Assembly: GCA_000004985.1 (NCBI GenBank)
Contig: GG738856.1
Source: Naegleria gruberi
Taxonomy: Eukaryota
Strand: one strand, 5' to 3'
DNA length: 64,000 bases
Shown here: one piece after another, positions 46,513 to 58,000 of the stretch
Position numbering within the stretch: position 1 is the stretch's first letter
Layout of the letters: each line of letters opens with the position of its first letter
Notes under the pieces: model-generated
Database searches by the model: none
Told to the model about the DNA's origin: nothing
Seen by the model: only the letters and a program-made list of their open reading frames with translations
Made by a program: the position numbers and the translations under genes

Positions 46513-47445
46513 TTAATAATAGTAATCATCATCAGAACCATAATAAGGTGATTCAATCCTATCATGAGCAAATGTAGTCATGTAATAGAATTCATCACTG
46601 TCATAATAAGTGTTCATTGATGGTTTCCTAATGAGATAAGAACACACCAAACGGAAAGCATCATCACAAATATTAGAAAGTGGATGATCTTTAAGAATAG
46701 CATTGGAGCATTCTGATTTTCTACCATTTACTCGAATCAAGTAAGCAGGTTTGACGCACTCCCATGCCAATTTTTCTCTTCTCATTCTTGAATATTTCAA
46801 TAATTCATCTTTAACTTTCTCATTATCTTTCACTCTATTTGAAAGTCGAATATAATCAGCTGCGCTTAAACAAGTACACTTGCTGTGAAGTGCTTTGATT
46901 ATTTCAAGATTTGGATTTGTAGTGCATTGATTGAATAGATCATTGTAATCTATATCCTGAAATTTGATAGTTATCAAAATATTGAAAGCTTGAACATTGC
47001 CATAAATAACAGAATAGTAAAGTGCTCTTTTCCTATCATCTTCTCTCTCCACCCGTTCAAGTAACCATTGCATGATCTCACAATTTCCACTCTTTACAGA
47101 TTTTGTGAGCGGATCTTCCTTGCCACTATCAACAATGAACAATAAATCCTTATTCTTACACTTGCTGTAGAGAAACTTGACAGCATCAAAGTTTCCACTC
47201 TCACATGCAGCAAGGAATGGTGAAGTATTTCTATTATCTTTGGTTAATAATTGTGAACCTGCTGAGAATAAGCATTGAATAATGTAAAGACTCGTGTTTT
47301 TGAAACGACATGCATGAATGAGAGGTGTTGCTCCATTTGAAGTTTTCATACTCATTAACTTTCTATTGGTTGATAGAGAAAGCACTTCAGAATACTGATT
47401 CTTTTCAATACTATTAATTAAACTAGTGAATTGATCTGCTGACAT
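46513..47445 (-). CDS. Ankyrin-repeat protein (310 aa).
   Basis: Repeated 'G.TPL..A......V..LL..G' style units (GATPLIHACRF, TSPFLAACESGNFDAVKFLY). Confidence 0.5.
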   Translation of the reverse strand: MSADQFTSLINSIEKNQYSEVLSLSTNRKLMSMKTSNGATPLIHACRFKNTSLYIIQCLFSAGSQLLTKDNRNTSPFLAACESGNFDAVKFLYSKCKNKDLLFIVDSGKEDPLTKSVKSGNCEIMQWLLERVEREDDRKRALYYSVIYGNVQAFNILITIKFQDIDYNDLFNQCTTNPNLEIIKALHSKCTCLSAADYIRLSNRVKDNEKVKDELLKYSRMRREKLAWECVKPAYLIRVNGRKSECSNAILKDHPLSNICDDAFRLVCSYLIRKPSMNTYYDSDEFYYMTTFAHDRIESPYYGSDDDYYY

Positions 47446-47586
47446 TTTTTACAGTTCAATTTGTGAAAACTTTTCAGACTTCCTTTTTCCTTATTTATTC
47501 AATTTTGAGACTTCCCATCTCTACAAAAAAGAAACTTGCTAAATATACGGGTGATGAGTGTTTACGGTCAGCAAATACAGCTGATA

Positions 47587-50001
47587 TTATTGTAAATCCT
47601 TCTCTTGTTCAGAGTGGAGGGCACGAATGAAATCTTCTTTCAATATTTGTGAAACATCACTAATTAGAAAATTTTCTTTCGTCCTTAGTGATACTCGTGG
47701 AGCAATTATTGAGACTCGAGTGAGAAGAAATAAATTCAAACGTTCAATAACTTGCTCGACAGTGTCATTCTGTGATATGTCAATTAAAACAGAAACACGA
47801 GAACCTTCCAATTTGATTTTGATTGTATGAATTTGAATTTTCTCTGTGGAAACCTTGACTGGTGTTTGATGCTGCATAGGTGGTGAATCGTTATAATATA
47901 TCAAAGTCATCTCTAGAGGAGAAAAGTTGTCAGGATAGAGAGGTCTTAACTCAATAGGAAATTCAGGAGTTTTCATTTGGTTATTAAAAACTTGTCTAAT
48001 TCTGAAATATTCTTCATTGGCTTCACTTGCATATTTGTTCTGATTACATTTTAGAAAGTAAGAAATTCGCAGTTCGTGCGCAGGTTCAAAATTTGGTTCA
48101 CTTTGCAATACTCTATCAATGTAACCAAGTACCTTTTCAGTGTGTTTCAACTTTGCATGAATGGAAGCTATGAATATTAAAATTGTAGAATTATTGGAAT
48201 AGTTTTTCAATAATTGCTCAGCATACGAAAGACCATTCTCATATTCATTGAAAATAACTGATAATTGAGAGGCAATCATACTCAAAACATCTGATTCCTC
48301 AAAATGGTCCAGCATTTGCTTGAAAATTTTCTTGGCTTTTTCAATCTCTCCAATTTCAGCATAGTACTGAACTAAATAAACATAGATTACCAAGCAATTG
48401 GGTTCCAATTCTCTTGCTTTTAGAAAATCTGGGAATGCTTTAAGCTTTTCTTCTTTTGTTTTACCAACTTGATAAATAATTATTCCTCTTTTCAAGTAAT
48501 AATGAGCTAAATCATCTAAACTGTTCCCATATTTTTCCAATATTTTAGTGTATTCAGCAATAAGGATGAATGTTGAGCCCATTTGCTCCAAAATACCCAA
48601 TTTGGCATTAATGACAGGAATGGAGAAATGTGATTTCAAGGAATTATCCAAACATTGTAGAGCTTGCTTAGTGTTACCCTTGTAGAGATGTAAGAATCCC
48701 TTCAATTGCTCCAACACATGACCACTGTTCGGATCTTGGTGTGTATTGAATTTTCTTGAGAGAAATTCCAAAGACTCAAGCAGTGTTAATGCCTTGGAGA
48801 TGTTTGGTAACTTTCCTCCATAAACTCTCTCCCAAACATGTATATCATCTCTTGATAAAAACATGGCCAAAAGCAAGCCAACACAGTATTTGATTCTAAT
48901 TTCAACAGCATCATCAATAGATAATTTCATATAATATTTGTCAAGTATTTCTATTGAATCTTCAATACTATTGGCATTCAAATGAGAAAGTATTCTATTC
49001 ATTTCTAAAACTCCTGTAAATTCTCTATCACCTATTATTTGGAGATTGTTGCATATGATTAATCTAAGATTATTAATGGTTAATATTTCCATTGCATTCA
49101 ACGATGATAATCTCTCCTTCTTATCATATGTTAGAAAGGATAATAATAGTAGCTCAAAGAATTGGTCAACCTCCCTCGTAGAGATTTCATTGATGAATTT
49201 TGCTTGAAACACTTCACTCCATGTATTCTCAATGGTTGCTTGTGTATTTTCGAGTTTTAAATTTAGAAATCGAAAATCACATTCATCTACAATATCCTTA
49301 AAACTAATTGTTGACTCGGGGAAGAGTATTTTGAAAAGTACAACACCCATACTCCAGCAATCGACTTTGTAATCATAGAGTCTATGTTTAATTGATTCAG
49401 GTGGTAAATATTCAAATGTTCCCCTATGTGTTTTCTTGGTGTTTTCAGTTTGTAAGGTTTCTCCAAAATCAGCCAATGCAATCTCAATAAATGTTTCATT
49501 TTCTTCATCAAATGATTTGACAAGAATGTTTGAAAGTTTGATATCACAATGAACAAGATTATGTTTGTGTGAAATATTGACAGCAATACATAATTGTGTC
49601 ATGATTTGACCAATTAGAAAATCAGTCAATCTCTTTCCTCTTGATGTGAAATATCTTTCAATAAATGTTTCCAAATCTCCATACTTGTAAAATGGCATTA
49701 CAATCCCAATATTGGAATGATGATTAATGTATTCCAAACTCTCTACCAAATATTCACATACAATACTCTTTCTCAAATTAAATATCTTCAATTCCTTTTC
49801 AATAATGAATTCTCTTTCCTCTTCTTCTAATAAATTAATAATTTTCAATGCAATTTCATGGTTTGAACAACGATCAAAGCATCGATATACAACTCCGTAA
49901 CCTCCTTCTCCAATAAACAGCGGATTCAAAAACCTGTCACAAAAAGAAGAAGGGAATGCATAAGGTTGACGTGACATTTTTTTGTAATGTGACACTGTCA
50001 T
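47587..50001 (-). CDS. Protein kinase with a C-terminal TPR-like repeat region and a small beta-grasp-like tail. Paralogue A. The true start is probably the second ATG at 49977.
   Basis: 'IGEGGYGVVYRC', 'HCDIKLSNILV' and 'DFGET' kinase subdomains. The downstream helical repeats are TPR-like. Alignment with the plus-strand paralogue favours 'MSRQPYAFPSSFC' as the N-terminus. Confidence 0.7.
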   Translation of the reverse strand: MTVSHYKKMSRQPYAFPSSFCDRFLNPLFIGEGGYGVVYRCFDRCSNHEIALKIINLLEEEEREFIIEKELKIFNLRKSIVCEYLVESLEYINHHSNIGIVMPFYKYGDLETFIERYFTSRGKRLTDFLIGQIMTQLCIAVNISHKHNLVHCDIKLSNILVKSFDEENETFIEIALADFGETLQTENTKKTHRGTFEYLPPESIKHRLYDYKVDCWSMGVVLFKILFPESTISFKDIVDECDFRFLNLKLENTQATIENTWSEVFQAKFINEISTREVDQFFELLLLSFLTYDKKERLSSLNAMEILTINNLRLIICNNLQIIGDREFTGVLEMNRILSHLNANSIEDSIEILDKYYMKLSIDDAVEIRIKYCVGLLLAMFLSRDDIHVWERVYGGKLPNISKALTLLESLEFLSRKFNTHQDPNSGHVLEQLKGFLHLYKGNTKQALQCLDNSLKSHFSIPVINAKLGILEQMGSTFILIAEYTKILEKYGNSLDDLAHYYLKRGIIIYQVGKTKEEKLKAFPDFLKARELEPNCLVIYVYLVQYYAEIGEIEKAKKIFKQMLDHFEESDVLSMIASQLSVIFNEYENGLSYAEQLLKNYSNNSTILIFIASIHAKLKHTEKVLGYIDRVLQSEPNFEPAHELRISYFLKCNQNKYASEANEEYFRIRQVFNNQMKTPEFPIELRPLYPDNFSPLEMTLIYYNDSPPMQHQTPVKVSTEKIQIHTIKIKLEGSRVSVLIDISQNDTVEQVIERLNLFLLTRVSIIAPRVSLRTKENFLISDVSQILKEDFIRALHSEQEKDLQ
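49445..49709 (-). repeat. Arm 1 of a ~265-bp inverted repeat inside the kinase domain of paralogue A. It is about 98% identical to arm 2.
   Basis: The reverse complement of 49456..49709 matches 50321..50575 with about 5 mismatches in 255 nt. The matching segment encodes GIVMPFYK(Y/F)GDLETFIERYFTSRGKRLTDFLIGQIMTQLCIAVN(I/L)SHKHNLVHCDIKLSNILVKSFDEENETFIEIALADFGET. Confidence 0.8.
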
Positions 50002-50032
50002 TCTGAAAAAGAATCCAAAAAAATCTGGTCAA
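49978..50032. promoter_or_regulatory. Inferred shared bidirectional promoter or overlapping 5' region. The start codons of the two head-to-head kinase paralogues are only 31-55 bp apart.
   Basis: Geometry only. No motif is claimed. Confidence 0.25.
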
Positions 50033-52519
50033 ATGATCAGTCAAACTCAACTTCCCTCATGTTTTGGCAGTCGTTTTTCCAATCCTACACCAGTTGGAAA
50101 AGGAGCATATGGCACCACCTACTCATGTATTGATACACAAAATGATGATCAACAAATAATTGCTTTAAAAGTGATGCAACCAAGTGAAGGGACTGGTGAT
50201 ATTGCACTTGTAGAGAGAGAAGAAGAAATTTTCACAGCCATGAAGAATGTTCAGTGTGAATATATTGCCAAGAGTATGGAATTTCTAAATTATTTCGAAA
50301 GTGATGGTAGTGGTGGTTACATTGGAATTGTAATGCCATTTTACAAGTTTGGAGATTTGGAAACATTTATTGAAAGATATTTCACATCAAGAGGAAAGAG
50401 ATTGACTGATTTTCTAATTGGTCAAATCATGACACAATTATGTATTGCTGTCAATTTATCACACAAACATAATCTTGTTCATTGTGATATCAAACTTTCA
50501 AACATTCTTGTCAAATCATTTGATGAAGAAAATGAAACATTTATTGAGATTGCATTGGCTGACTTTGGAGAAACCTTTCGAACTGATCACACAACCAATA
50601 CAGATAAAAAGGGAACAGATGACTACTTACCACCAGAGGCCTTTGATGGCAAGTACGGATTCAAGATTGATTGCTGTAGTATGGGTGTTGTCCTTTTCAA
50701 ATTGCTTTGTCCACCAACTGATGTATCTATTAGAAACTATTTGGGAGAATGTCAAACTAAATACAAACACAAACAGCGTAACATTTTCTTTAGCCATTAT
50801 TGGTCAAAGAAGTTGGCGAAATACATGTCTGGTATTGAATATCTCAAAGATCAACCATTACTACTTTCAATGGTGAATGGATTTCTAACTTACGACAAGG
50901 AAAGTAGACTCACCATATTGAATGCTCTCGATCTATGTTGCATGATTATTATGATGCACATACATGGACAGAATAATAGTGTAAACTTAGACAATTTGGA
51001 GAATCCTTCACCTGTTTTGATACTATATGATCAATTATCATTGATTTCAGATTTCAATAATGGTTCAATGGAATTGTTATCCAAATATTACAATGAAACG
51101 AAGCAAGGAAATAGTTTAGGTATTGCATACATGGTAGGATTAATCTTTTGTAGCAGTCTATTGAAAAGAGATTTCAGAATTTGGGAATTTCAATTTAATT
51201 TACAAACACCCATTACCGATACAGCAACATTGGACAAAATGATACAAGATCTTGATCAACTATCACTGAAAATTAAGACCAATGAGCCATACTTGGGCTT
51301 TATATTTGAACAATTACATGCCATTTCACTAATGAACAAGAAAATGCCTGAAAAATCTTTACAAAGATTGGAAAACTCTACAAATTCATTCTTCACATTG
51401 GCATGCCAAAAAAAAAAGTTACTACTTGTAGAATTATTGAATGGAATGACTTATTCGTTGGTAGATGAATATTCCAAGCTAATCAAACTTTATGGTGACA
51501 AGAGTATGCTCTCTGGATACTTTTATTACAAAAGGGGTGTAATGTTATTCACCCTTTCTAATGATCATCAAAATGGTATAGCTGACTTGATACATGCAAG
51601 GAATTTATCACCAAATAGTTTGGGATTATATGCAATTATGGTAAACTGCTTTTTAACTATTGGCAGTATTGAAAATGCAAAACAAGTGTTTGAGCAAATG
51701 TTGTTATTGTCTGAGCACTTTGAGATTAATAGGTTAAACTTTATTGCAATGTTTTTATCCAATTGTTTAGGTTATTTGGATAAAGCATTGGAATATGGTG
51801 AAAAACTTACTAGTCAAGAACTGTATAGCAAGGACCCTGTATTACTTCTCTTTTTATCCAGAATCTGTAGTAATAGAGGCGATAGCTCAATGGAATTGGG
51901 TTATATAGAAACGGCATTGGATATAGATCCACATTGTTATCAAGCTCACCAAATGAAAATCCTATTTTATAGAGCAGCTTTGGATTTCACAGCAGAAAAA
52001 GAAGCTTTGCTCAAGTATACAGCTCTGAAAAGGCAAAACCTTTTGCATACCTCTGAATTTCCCATTGAACTTTTACCACTATTACCAGATGGCTCACCTC
52101 TTCCAATATTATTACTAAATGAACCTGAAAAGGATGTTACAAGAATTAAGGAAATTACTTTTAAGGAAGCTGAGAAGACTGTTCAACAATTTGAAACCAT
52201 TCAACCATCACTAATGCAAGAACCTACCACAAATGATTCAATTCTTTCACCAGAAATCATCATGCAAATCAAAGTGAAATTCAAAGGGAAAAACAATGCT
52301 GTTTTCATTGATATTTTGAAAACAGATACAGACATTCGTCAAGTATTAGATCGCTTGAATAAGATTGGAAACGAAAAGAGTACAGCATATGTTAATAGAG
52401 TGGCATTTTCAATAGTGAAAGACGATGATTGTATTTTAATTACATCAATTCATCAATTATCTAAATATGATGAAGTAGTGGCTCTCACAAGTGATGAAGA
52501 AAAAGAGTTTTGGGCGTAA
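50033..52519 (+). CDS. Protein kinase with a C-terminal TPR-like repeat region. Paralogue B, transcribed divergently from A.
   Basis: ATG at 50033. Same architecture as paralogue A. Outside the conversion tract the two are clearly diverged. Confidence 0.7.
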   Translation: MISQTQLPSCFGSRFSNPTPVGKGAYGTTYSCIDTQNDDQQIIALKVMQPSEGTGDIALVEREEEIFTAMKNVQCEYIAKSMEFLNYFESDGSGGYIGIVMPFYKFGDLETFIERYFTSRGKRLTDFLIGQIMTQLCIAVNLSHKHNLVHCDIKLSNILVKSFDEENETFIEIALADFGETFRTDHTTNTDKKGTDDYLPPEAFDGKYGFKIDCCSMGVVLFKLLCPPTDVSIRNYLGECQTKYKHKQRNIFFSHYWSKKLAKYMSGIEYLKDQPLLLSMVNGFLTYDKESRLTILNALDLCCMIIMMHIHGQNNSVNLDNLENPSPVLILYDQLSLISDFNNGSMELLSKYYNETKQGNSLGIAYMVGLIFCSSLLKRDFRIWEFQFNLQTPITDTATLDKMIQDLDQLSLKIKTNEPYLGFIFEQLHAISLMNKKMPEKSLQRLENSTNSFFTLACQKKKLLLVELLNGMTYSLVDEYSKLIKLYGDKSMLSGYFYYKRGVMLFTLSNDHQNGIADLIHARNLSPNSLGLYAIMVNCFLTIGSIENAKQVFEQMLLLSEHFEINRLNFIAMFLSNCLGYLDKALEYGEKLTSQELYSKDPVLLLFLSRICSNRGDSSMELGYIETALDIDPHCYQAHQMKILFYRAALDFTAEKEALLKYTALKRQNLLHTSEFPIELLPLLPDGSPLPILLLNEPEKDVTRIKEITFKEAEKTVQQFETIQPSLMQEPTTNDSILSPEIIMQIKVKFKGKNNAVFIDILKTDTDIRQVLDRLNKIGNEKSTAYVNRVAFSIVKDDDCILITSIHQLSKYDEVVALTSDEEKEFWA
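50319..50587 (+). repeat. Arm 2 of the inverted repeat (see 49445..49709).
   Basis: Both copies carry the same off-frame track ORF, 'MLSI(F/Y)HTNIILFIVISNFQTFLSNHLMKKMKHLLRLHW', confirming near identity at nucleotide level. Confidence 0.8.
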
Positions 52520-52585
52520 AGTTCTAGAAATGTTGGCAAATCTGAATTGTTGTTGTTCAGGAATTTTATTAATAAAGGGATATAA

Positions 52586-54937
52586 ATGGATAGAATTATC
52601 AAAACATCAAACACACAACATTATGTAATTATTGAAATTATTAAAAAAATGAAAAGAACTTTGGATGAGAATTCTGATAGCGAAACTGACGGCGAAAATA
52701 ATCCAAGAAAAAAATCTTCATCTTGCAATACTTCTTCCTACTTGGCAACAGATGCCAAGTTGTGTTATCCGTTCGGAGTGTTTGTTTCTCCCACTAACGA
52801 AATTTACATAGCCGATCAATATAATCATAGAGTGAGAAAGATATTAGAAAGTGGACGAATTGTTACAATAGCAGGAAATGGAAAAGGAGGGTTTAGTGGA
52901 GATGATGGATTGGCTACTAATGCACAGCTAAATTGCCCATCAAGTGTTTTTGTTTCTAATAAGAATGAAGTATTCATTGCTGACCAATACAATCATCGAA
53001 TTAGGAAGATATTAGAAAGTGGACGAATTGTGACAATAGCTGGAAACGGAGAGGAGGGATTTAGTGGAGATAATGGACCAGCTACAAGTGCCAGATTGAA
53101 TTGTCCTATGAGTATATTTGTTTCCAATATGAATGAAGTTTATTTTGTAGATTCGAACAATAATAGAGTCAGAAAAATATTGGAAAATGGAATTATTGTA
53201 ACAATAGCTGGAAATGAAGAGCTAGGATTTTCTGGTGACAGTATTCTTGCAACAAATGCAAAACTAAATGGACCTGTGAGTCTTCATGTTTCAGATAAGA
53301 ATGAAGTTTATTTTGCCGAGCTCAAAAACAACAAAATTAGAAAAATATTAAGAAATGGATTTCTTGAAACAGTAATGGGTGATGGATTCAGTACTACTTC
53401 TGTAAAAGTACAAAGTCCAACAAGTGTTTTTGTTTCTCCACAGAATGAAATTTATTTCTCTGATAATACCAGTAATAGAATTAGAAAAATATTGGAAAAT
53501 GGAAATGTTGTAACTGTTGCAGGAACTGGACAACAAGGATTCAGTGGTGATGGTGGACCTGCAACGAGAGCTCAACTTGCATGCCCTACAGGTCTATTTG
53601 TAACTTTGAATAATGAAATTTATTTTGCAGATTCTGCCAATAATAGAATTAGAAAGGTTTTGGAAAATGGAAATATTGTAACAATAGCAGGAAATGGAAA
53701 ACATGGATATAGTGGTGATGCACCATTTGATTTTTCATTGCATCCTCATATTGGAAGTACTAATTTGGAAAAACAAGAAACTGTGTTATTACAACGAGAC
53801 ATTTATTTCCCAAAGATTAAATTGAAAAAGTATAACAGAGATAGATTGTTTGGATTGGATATTTATGGATTTATGCCACTATTGGAAAATTTTTCACCTG
53901 AATTTAGCAAAACAGTGTTGAGAAATGAAAAACTCCTTTGTGAAATGGATTCTTCTCAACGAGAAATTGTACAAAAACTTATTGACTCTATGATTTATAA
54001 TGATGATAAGATGAATTTCAATGAAGAGTATACAGTCAATGTTTTGTATATTTTGGGATTCTTTAAAAATGCTGAATTTCTTGATTTGAAACAAGACATG
54101 GTTACCAAGTTTATCAATTCTCTTTCCTTGACATCTCTATCTTCTGTATGGGAGAAAGTTGAAGAATTATTGAAAATATGTGAAAATCTTGGACTTTCAA
54201 ACTTTATCCTTGAGAAGTTGAACAAATATTGCACAGAATATACTGCTGTTCAATTGAAATCTCCAGAAGGAAGCAAAATACTTTCAAATATTTCTATAAT
54301 ATTAAGGAACAGCGTCAGGATTTTCCCTTTAATGGCAATTTCAGAACCAAGTCCTATTATCATTGATGAAATTGTTGAAAAATTTCAGCAAGGAGTTAAT
54401 AGTTTATATAATGATAAGGGAACATATGATTTTCGTGTCAAATTGAGTGAAGATGAGTTTTTATATTGCCACAAAACTATATTAAGCTCTTCTAGCTCAA
54501 TATTCGAGACATTTTTTCAGAATCAAGAAATTGACAATATTAAAGATGGTTTCATGGTTCCAGATCCATCAGAAAATGTCGATTTGGTGAAGATTATAAT
54601 CCAAGCATGCTATAGATGTGGAAATATTGAGTTTAATTCCAATCAAAACATGTCCCTCCTCTCAACAGCAATGAAACATGAAATGAAATACCTTATCGAT
54701 TGTTGGTTGAAGAATTTTAAGATCAGTGTCGATAATTATTTCGAGGTAGTGTCTGTCTGTAAAAATTACTTACATTTACCATGTTGTGAAGAATTTTATC
54801 AACTATTACTAATGTTTGGATCAGTTTATCGTGCTAAGCTTTTCACTGATTGTGATAGAGTAGCATTGCTTCCTGATCAACTATTGAGAGCGTTACTAGT
54901 TCAGATTTCTAGTGATGGATTTATCTTTAATAGATGA
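52586..54937 (+). CDS. NHL-repeat beta-propeller protein with a C-terminal BTB/POZ-like domain.
   Basis: At least 7 repeats of 'P.GVFVS..NEIYIAD..NHRIRKIL..G.IVTIAGNG..GFSGDGGPAT.A.L'. C-terminal 'FRVKLSEDEFLYCHKTILSSSSSIFETFFQ' is BTB-like. Confidence 0.65.
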   Translation: MDRIIKTSNTQHYVIIEIIKKMKRTLDENSDSETDGENNPRKKSSSCNTSSYLATDAKLCYPFGVFVSPTNEIYIADQYNHRVRKILESGRIVTIAGNGKGGFSGDDGLATNAQLNCPSSVFVSNKNEVFIADQYNHRIRKILESGRIVTIAGNGEEGFSGDNGPATSARLNCPMSIFVSNMNEVYFVDSNNNRVRKILENGIIVTIAGNEELGFSGDSILATNAKLNGPVSLHVSDKNEVYFAELKNNKIRKILRNGFLETVMGDGFSTTSVKVQSPTSVFVSPQNEIYFSDNTSNRIRKILENGNVVTVAGTGQQGFSGDGGPATRAQLACPTGLFVTLNNEIYFADSANNRIRKVLENGNIVTIAGNGKHGYSGDAPFDFSLHPHIGSTNLEKQETVLLQRDIYFPKIKLKKYNRDRLFGLDIYGFMPLLENFSPEFSKTVLRNEKLLCEMDSSQREIVQKLIDSMIYNDDKMNFNEEYTVNVLYILGFFKNAEFLDLKQDMVTKFINSLSLTSLSSVWEKVEELLKICENLGLSNFILEKLNKYCTEYTAVQLKSPEGSKILSNISIILRNSVRIFPLMAISEPSPIIIDEIVEKFQQGVNSLYNDKGTYDFRVKLSEDEFLYCHKTILSSSSSIFETFFQNQEIDNIKDGFMVPDPSENVDLVKIIIQACYRCGNIEFNSNQNMSLLSTAMKHEMKYLIDCWLKNFKISVDNYFEVVSVCKNYLHLPCCEEFYQLLLMFGSVYRAKLFTDCDRVALLPDQLLRALLVQISSDGFIFNR

Positions 54938-55068
54938 AGCTAATAAACGATCTATTTTAAATATTGGCACTTGCTATTGAGTCCTCTTAATTGTTAATAA
55001 TGATCCATTTTAAAGTTTTTAATATTTTCGTTAAGTGTAAACAAATAACAGTTTTGTGAATAAAAAAA

Positions 55069-58000
55069 ATGGTGAAAAAGGCAAAAAAACCAAGCCATCA
55101 TGATGAAGAGGAAATAACTGACGAGGATTTTATGGATATTATGGATTGCCTAAATCCCAGACAATTCGAACAAATGTCCAGATCGTTGGGATATACTGTA
55201 AGAGATTATGATCATGATTCCGATGATTCATATTTTAGTGATGAGTGTATTGTAGCACCAACACCAGAGTTGGAAACTTTGTTAATTAAAAGAGATTGTC
55301 TTGCTGAGAAATTACTTCCACCAGATAAAAACATCAAGAAGAGAATATTGGATTTGTTGGAGCAGAGTTGTGTATTGAATGGAGATTATATTACTGGAGG
55401 AAAATTGGATTCGAATTACTTGATGCCTGCTATTGAAATTCTTCTTGAGGATAATGGAAAATACAAGCCATTACCACTGCCAATTGTTTATGCGGAACAG
55501 GTCACTGAATTGATAAGGAATTGTTCTTTTGGAAGGACTGAAAATGTAAACATTACCAAATCATGGCACTTGGATCCACATAAATTCAGAATTACCAACC
55601 CTAAATGGGATTCGTCAATTGAAGAATTAGTTAGAAAGGTCAAAGCAAAGCTTGGTATTTTGAATGAAAAGAAGATTGACTTCTCACTTTCCAAAATGAT
55701 ATTGCATGAGGAGGGAGGTTTATTTGATTTTTGCACGGATATTGATAAAGAGGATGGAATAGTTGCTAACTTGTTAGTTCAATTACCTAGCTCATTCACT
55801 GGTGGTAATTTTACATTGTCTCACAGCGGAAAGGAAATGAAATTCCAATACAAAGATGAATCCACCTATTCTCCATACTATGTCAGCTTTTACTCTAATT
55901 GTGAACACAAAGGAGAACCACTAACCTCTGGATACAGATTATCGTTGGTTTATAATTTGAAATATTCTGGATCTGATAGAATTGCACCATATGACAGTGC
56001 TACACAATTGAGAGATATGCAGAATATTATAGAAACTTGGATCAAGGTTCCAATGTATACCAAGCTCTGTTACATTTTAGAAAACAAATATACAAAGGCC
56101 ACCCTTGGTCCATCTGTGTTGCAAGGAAAGGACAAAATTGCTTATCAGTTATTTTCACAACTTGAACACGTTGAGGTTCATTTAGCAACTTTAGAAAAAC
56201 ATGAAGAAACCATATGCCTCTCTGATATGAAGTATGATACTGAACTCAGGTATAAGGCTCATACAACAAATAATGTACGAATTGATTTTATCGTTGAAGA
56301 CGAAGTGCTCCCTGATGTGGCTAGAAGGAGAATGGAGCTAACTCATAAGGAAGTAAGTATTATTGAGATTCGCGCTTCAGTTTAATTATTACAGGTTGAA
56401 GATGAGGAAGATTTTACTGAATATATGAAGATAAATCGTTGCTACAAGAGTACATGTATCCTCATATATCCAAAGCAACTCAAATCACTCTGTAATCAAC
56501 TAGACCCTTTAGAAAAATTTTGGAAAGATTATAAGGAACAAAAAACAGATAAGAAGAAAAACATTTTGATGGCATACACTTCGTCTCTCCTCTGCTGTTC
56601 TGAAGACAATCTTAGTACAAGGAGTTTTGTAGACATGTCAAAGTTTTCAGATATTTGCCTTACCTTGAATTATCTTCCATTAAGCTTGAAATATGTGGAA
56701 AAGGTATTAATTGTAGATGAATTCAAGACTGAGGAAGCAACAATTTTATTAACCAAGGTAATCAAGAATCATGGCACTGAACATTTCAAGGAATTAGTCA
56801 GTAATAGTTTAGAAAAGTGTTGTAAGTTGATATTTTTGGTAATAGTACTAAATATTTTTATTCTTTTCATAATTACAGTCAAGACTAAAAACTATTATTC
56901 AAATGAAATTACAGCAATTGGAAAAATGATTTTGGAGCTGAACGAGCAATCTTGGATTACTCATTTTGTTGATAAGGTAGTATCACTAAAGTCATTAAAT
57001 ATGGAGTGGGCACATCCAGATGCTATTATGATCATTTTCAAATTGAAAGACCAATATCCAAGTTACTCAGAAAAGCTAAACCAATTTATTGATGCGTATG
57101 TCAAATCAGAGCTGTCTATTGATAAATCAAGAGTTGGTTGCTCTCTAATCAATTCAGAAGTTGTCATCAAATTGAACATGATTAACTTGGCTCTACCTTT
57201 ATTAAATAGAATGTCATGTAAAATGGACGATAAGGAATTGAATGAGGTTGTAGCAGTGATGAAACATTTTGGCATTGAAAAGACTGAACCTTTATTAGTT
57301 CTGGCTCTGAAAGATCTGCATCGATACCCCTTCACCCCAAGGAGGCTTGCTATTCTACAATTATCCATGCAGAGCAGTGCAGAAGCTAAACACTTATCTG
57401 ACAAAATATTTGAAAGTATCATCCAAAATTTTGATTTCAAATTGGAAAATGCATCAGAATACGTTGATTTATTAACCTTTTTCAGAAATAATGATAGGAG
57501 TGCAGATGAAATAAGATTTTCCAATGCACTGATTCAAAAAATATCAATTCCAAAGTATTCCTATTCCTTGGTTAAAGAAATAATCAAAACTAATGGAATT
57601 GAATGTTTTGGAACTGGAACTGGATTGCGGATGATTTTGGAACATTCCTACAAAGTATTATTTAATTCGGCTACTACACCCAATGCTTCCCATAGCTTGG
57701 ACTTGGACTTGGAAGGAACCTCTACGTGGGTTTTTAATCACATTACCCTTTCATGTTCATGTGAGCATTGTGAAAAGGTAAAAAAGTTTCTCATTTCAAA
57801 TGAAAAGGTATTTTCTCTAAAAGAGAAACTAAATGCCCGAAAACATGTAGAAACAATTCTTAAAGAACAAGTAGACCTTATCAAGGAAACAATTAAAGCA
57901 GGCTCTCCACAAACTCTCAAACTCACCAAGACGAGAATGAGCCCAGATGCAAAAAAGGCAATTACTGGCTCAATTGAAAATATCCTTAAACAATACATAG

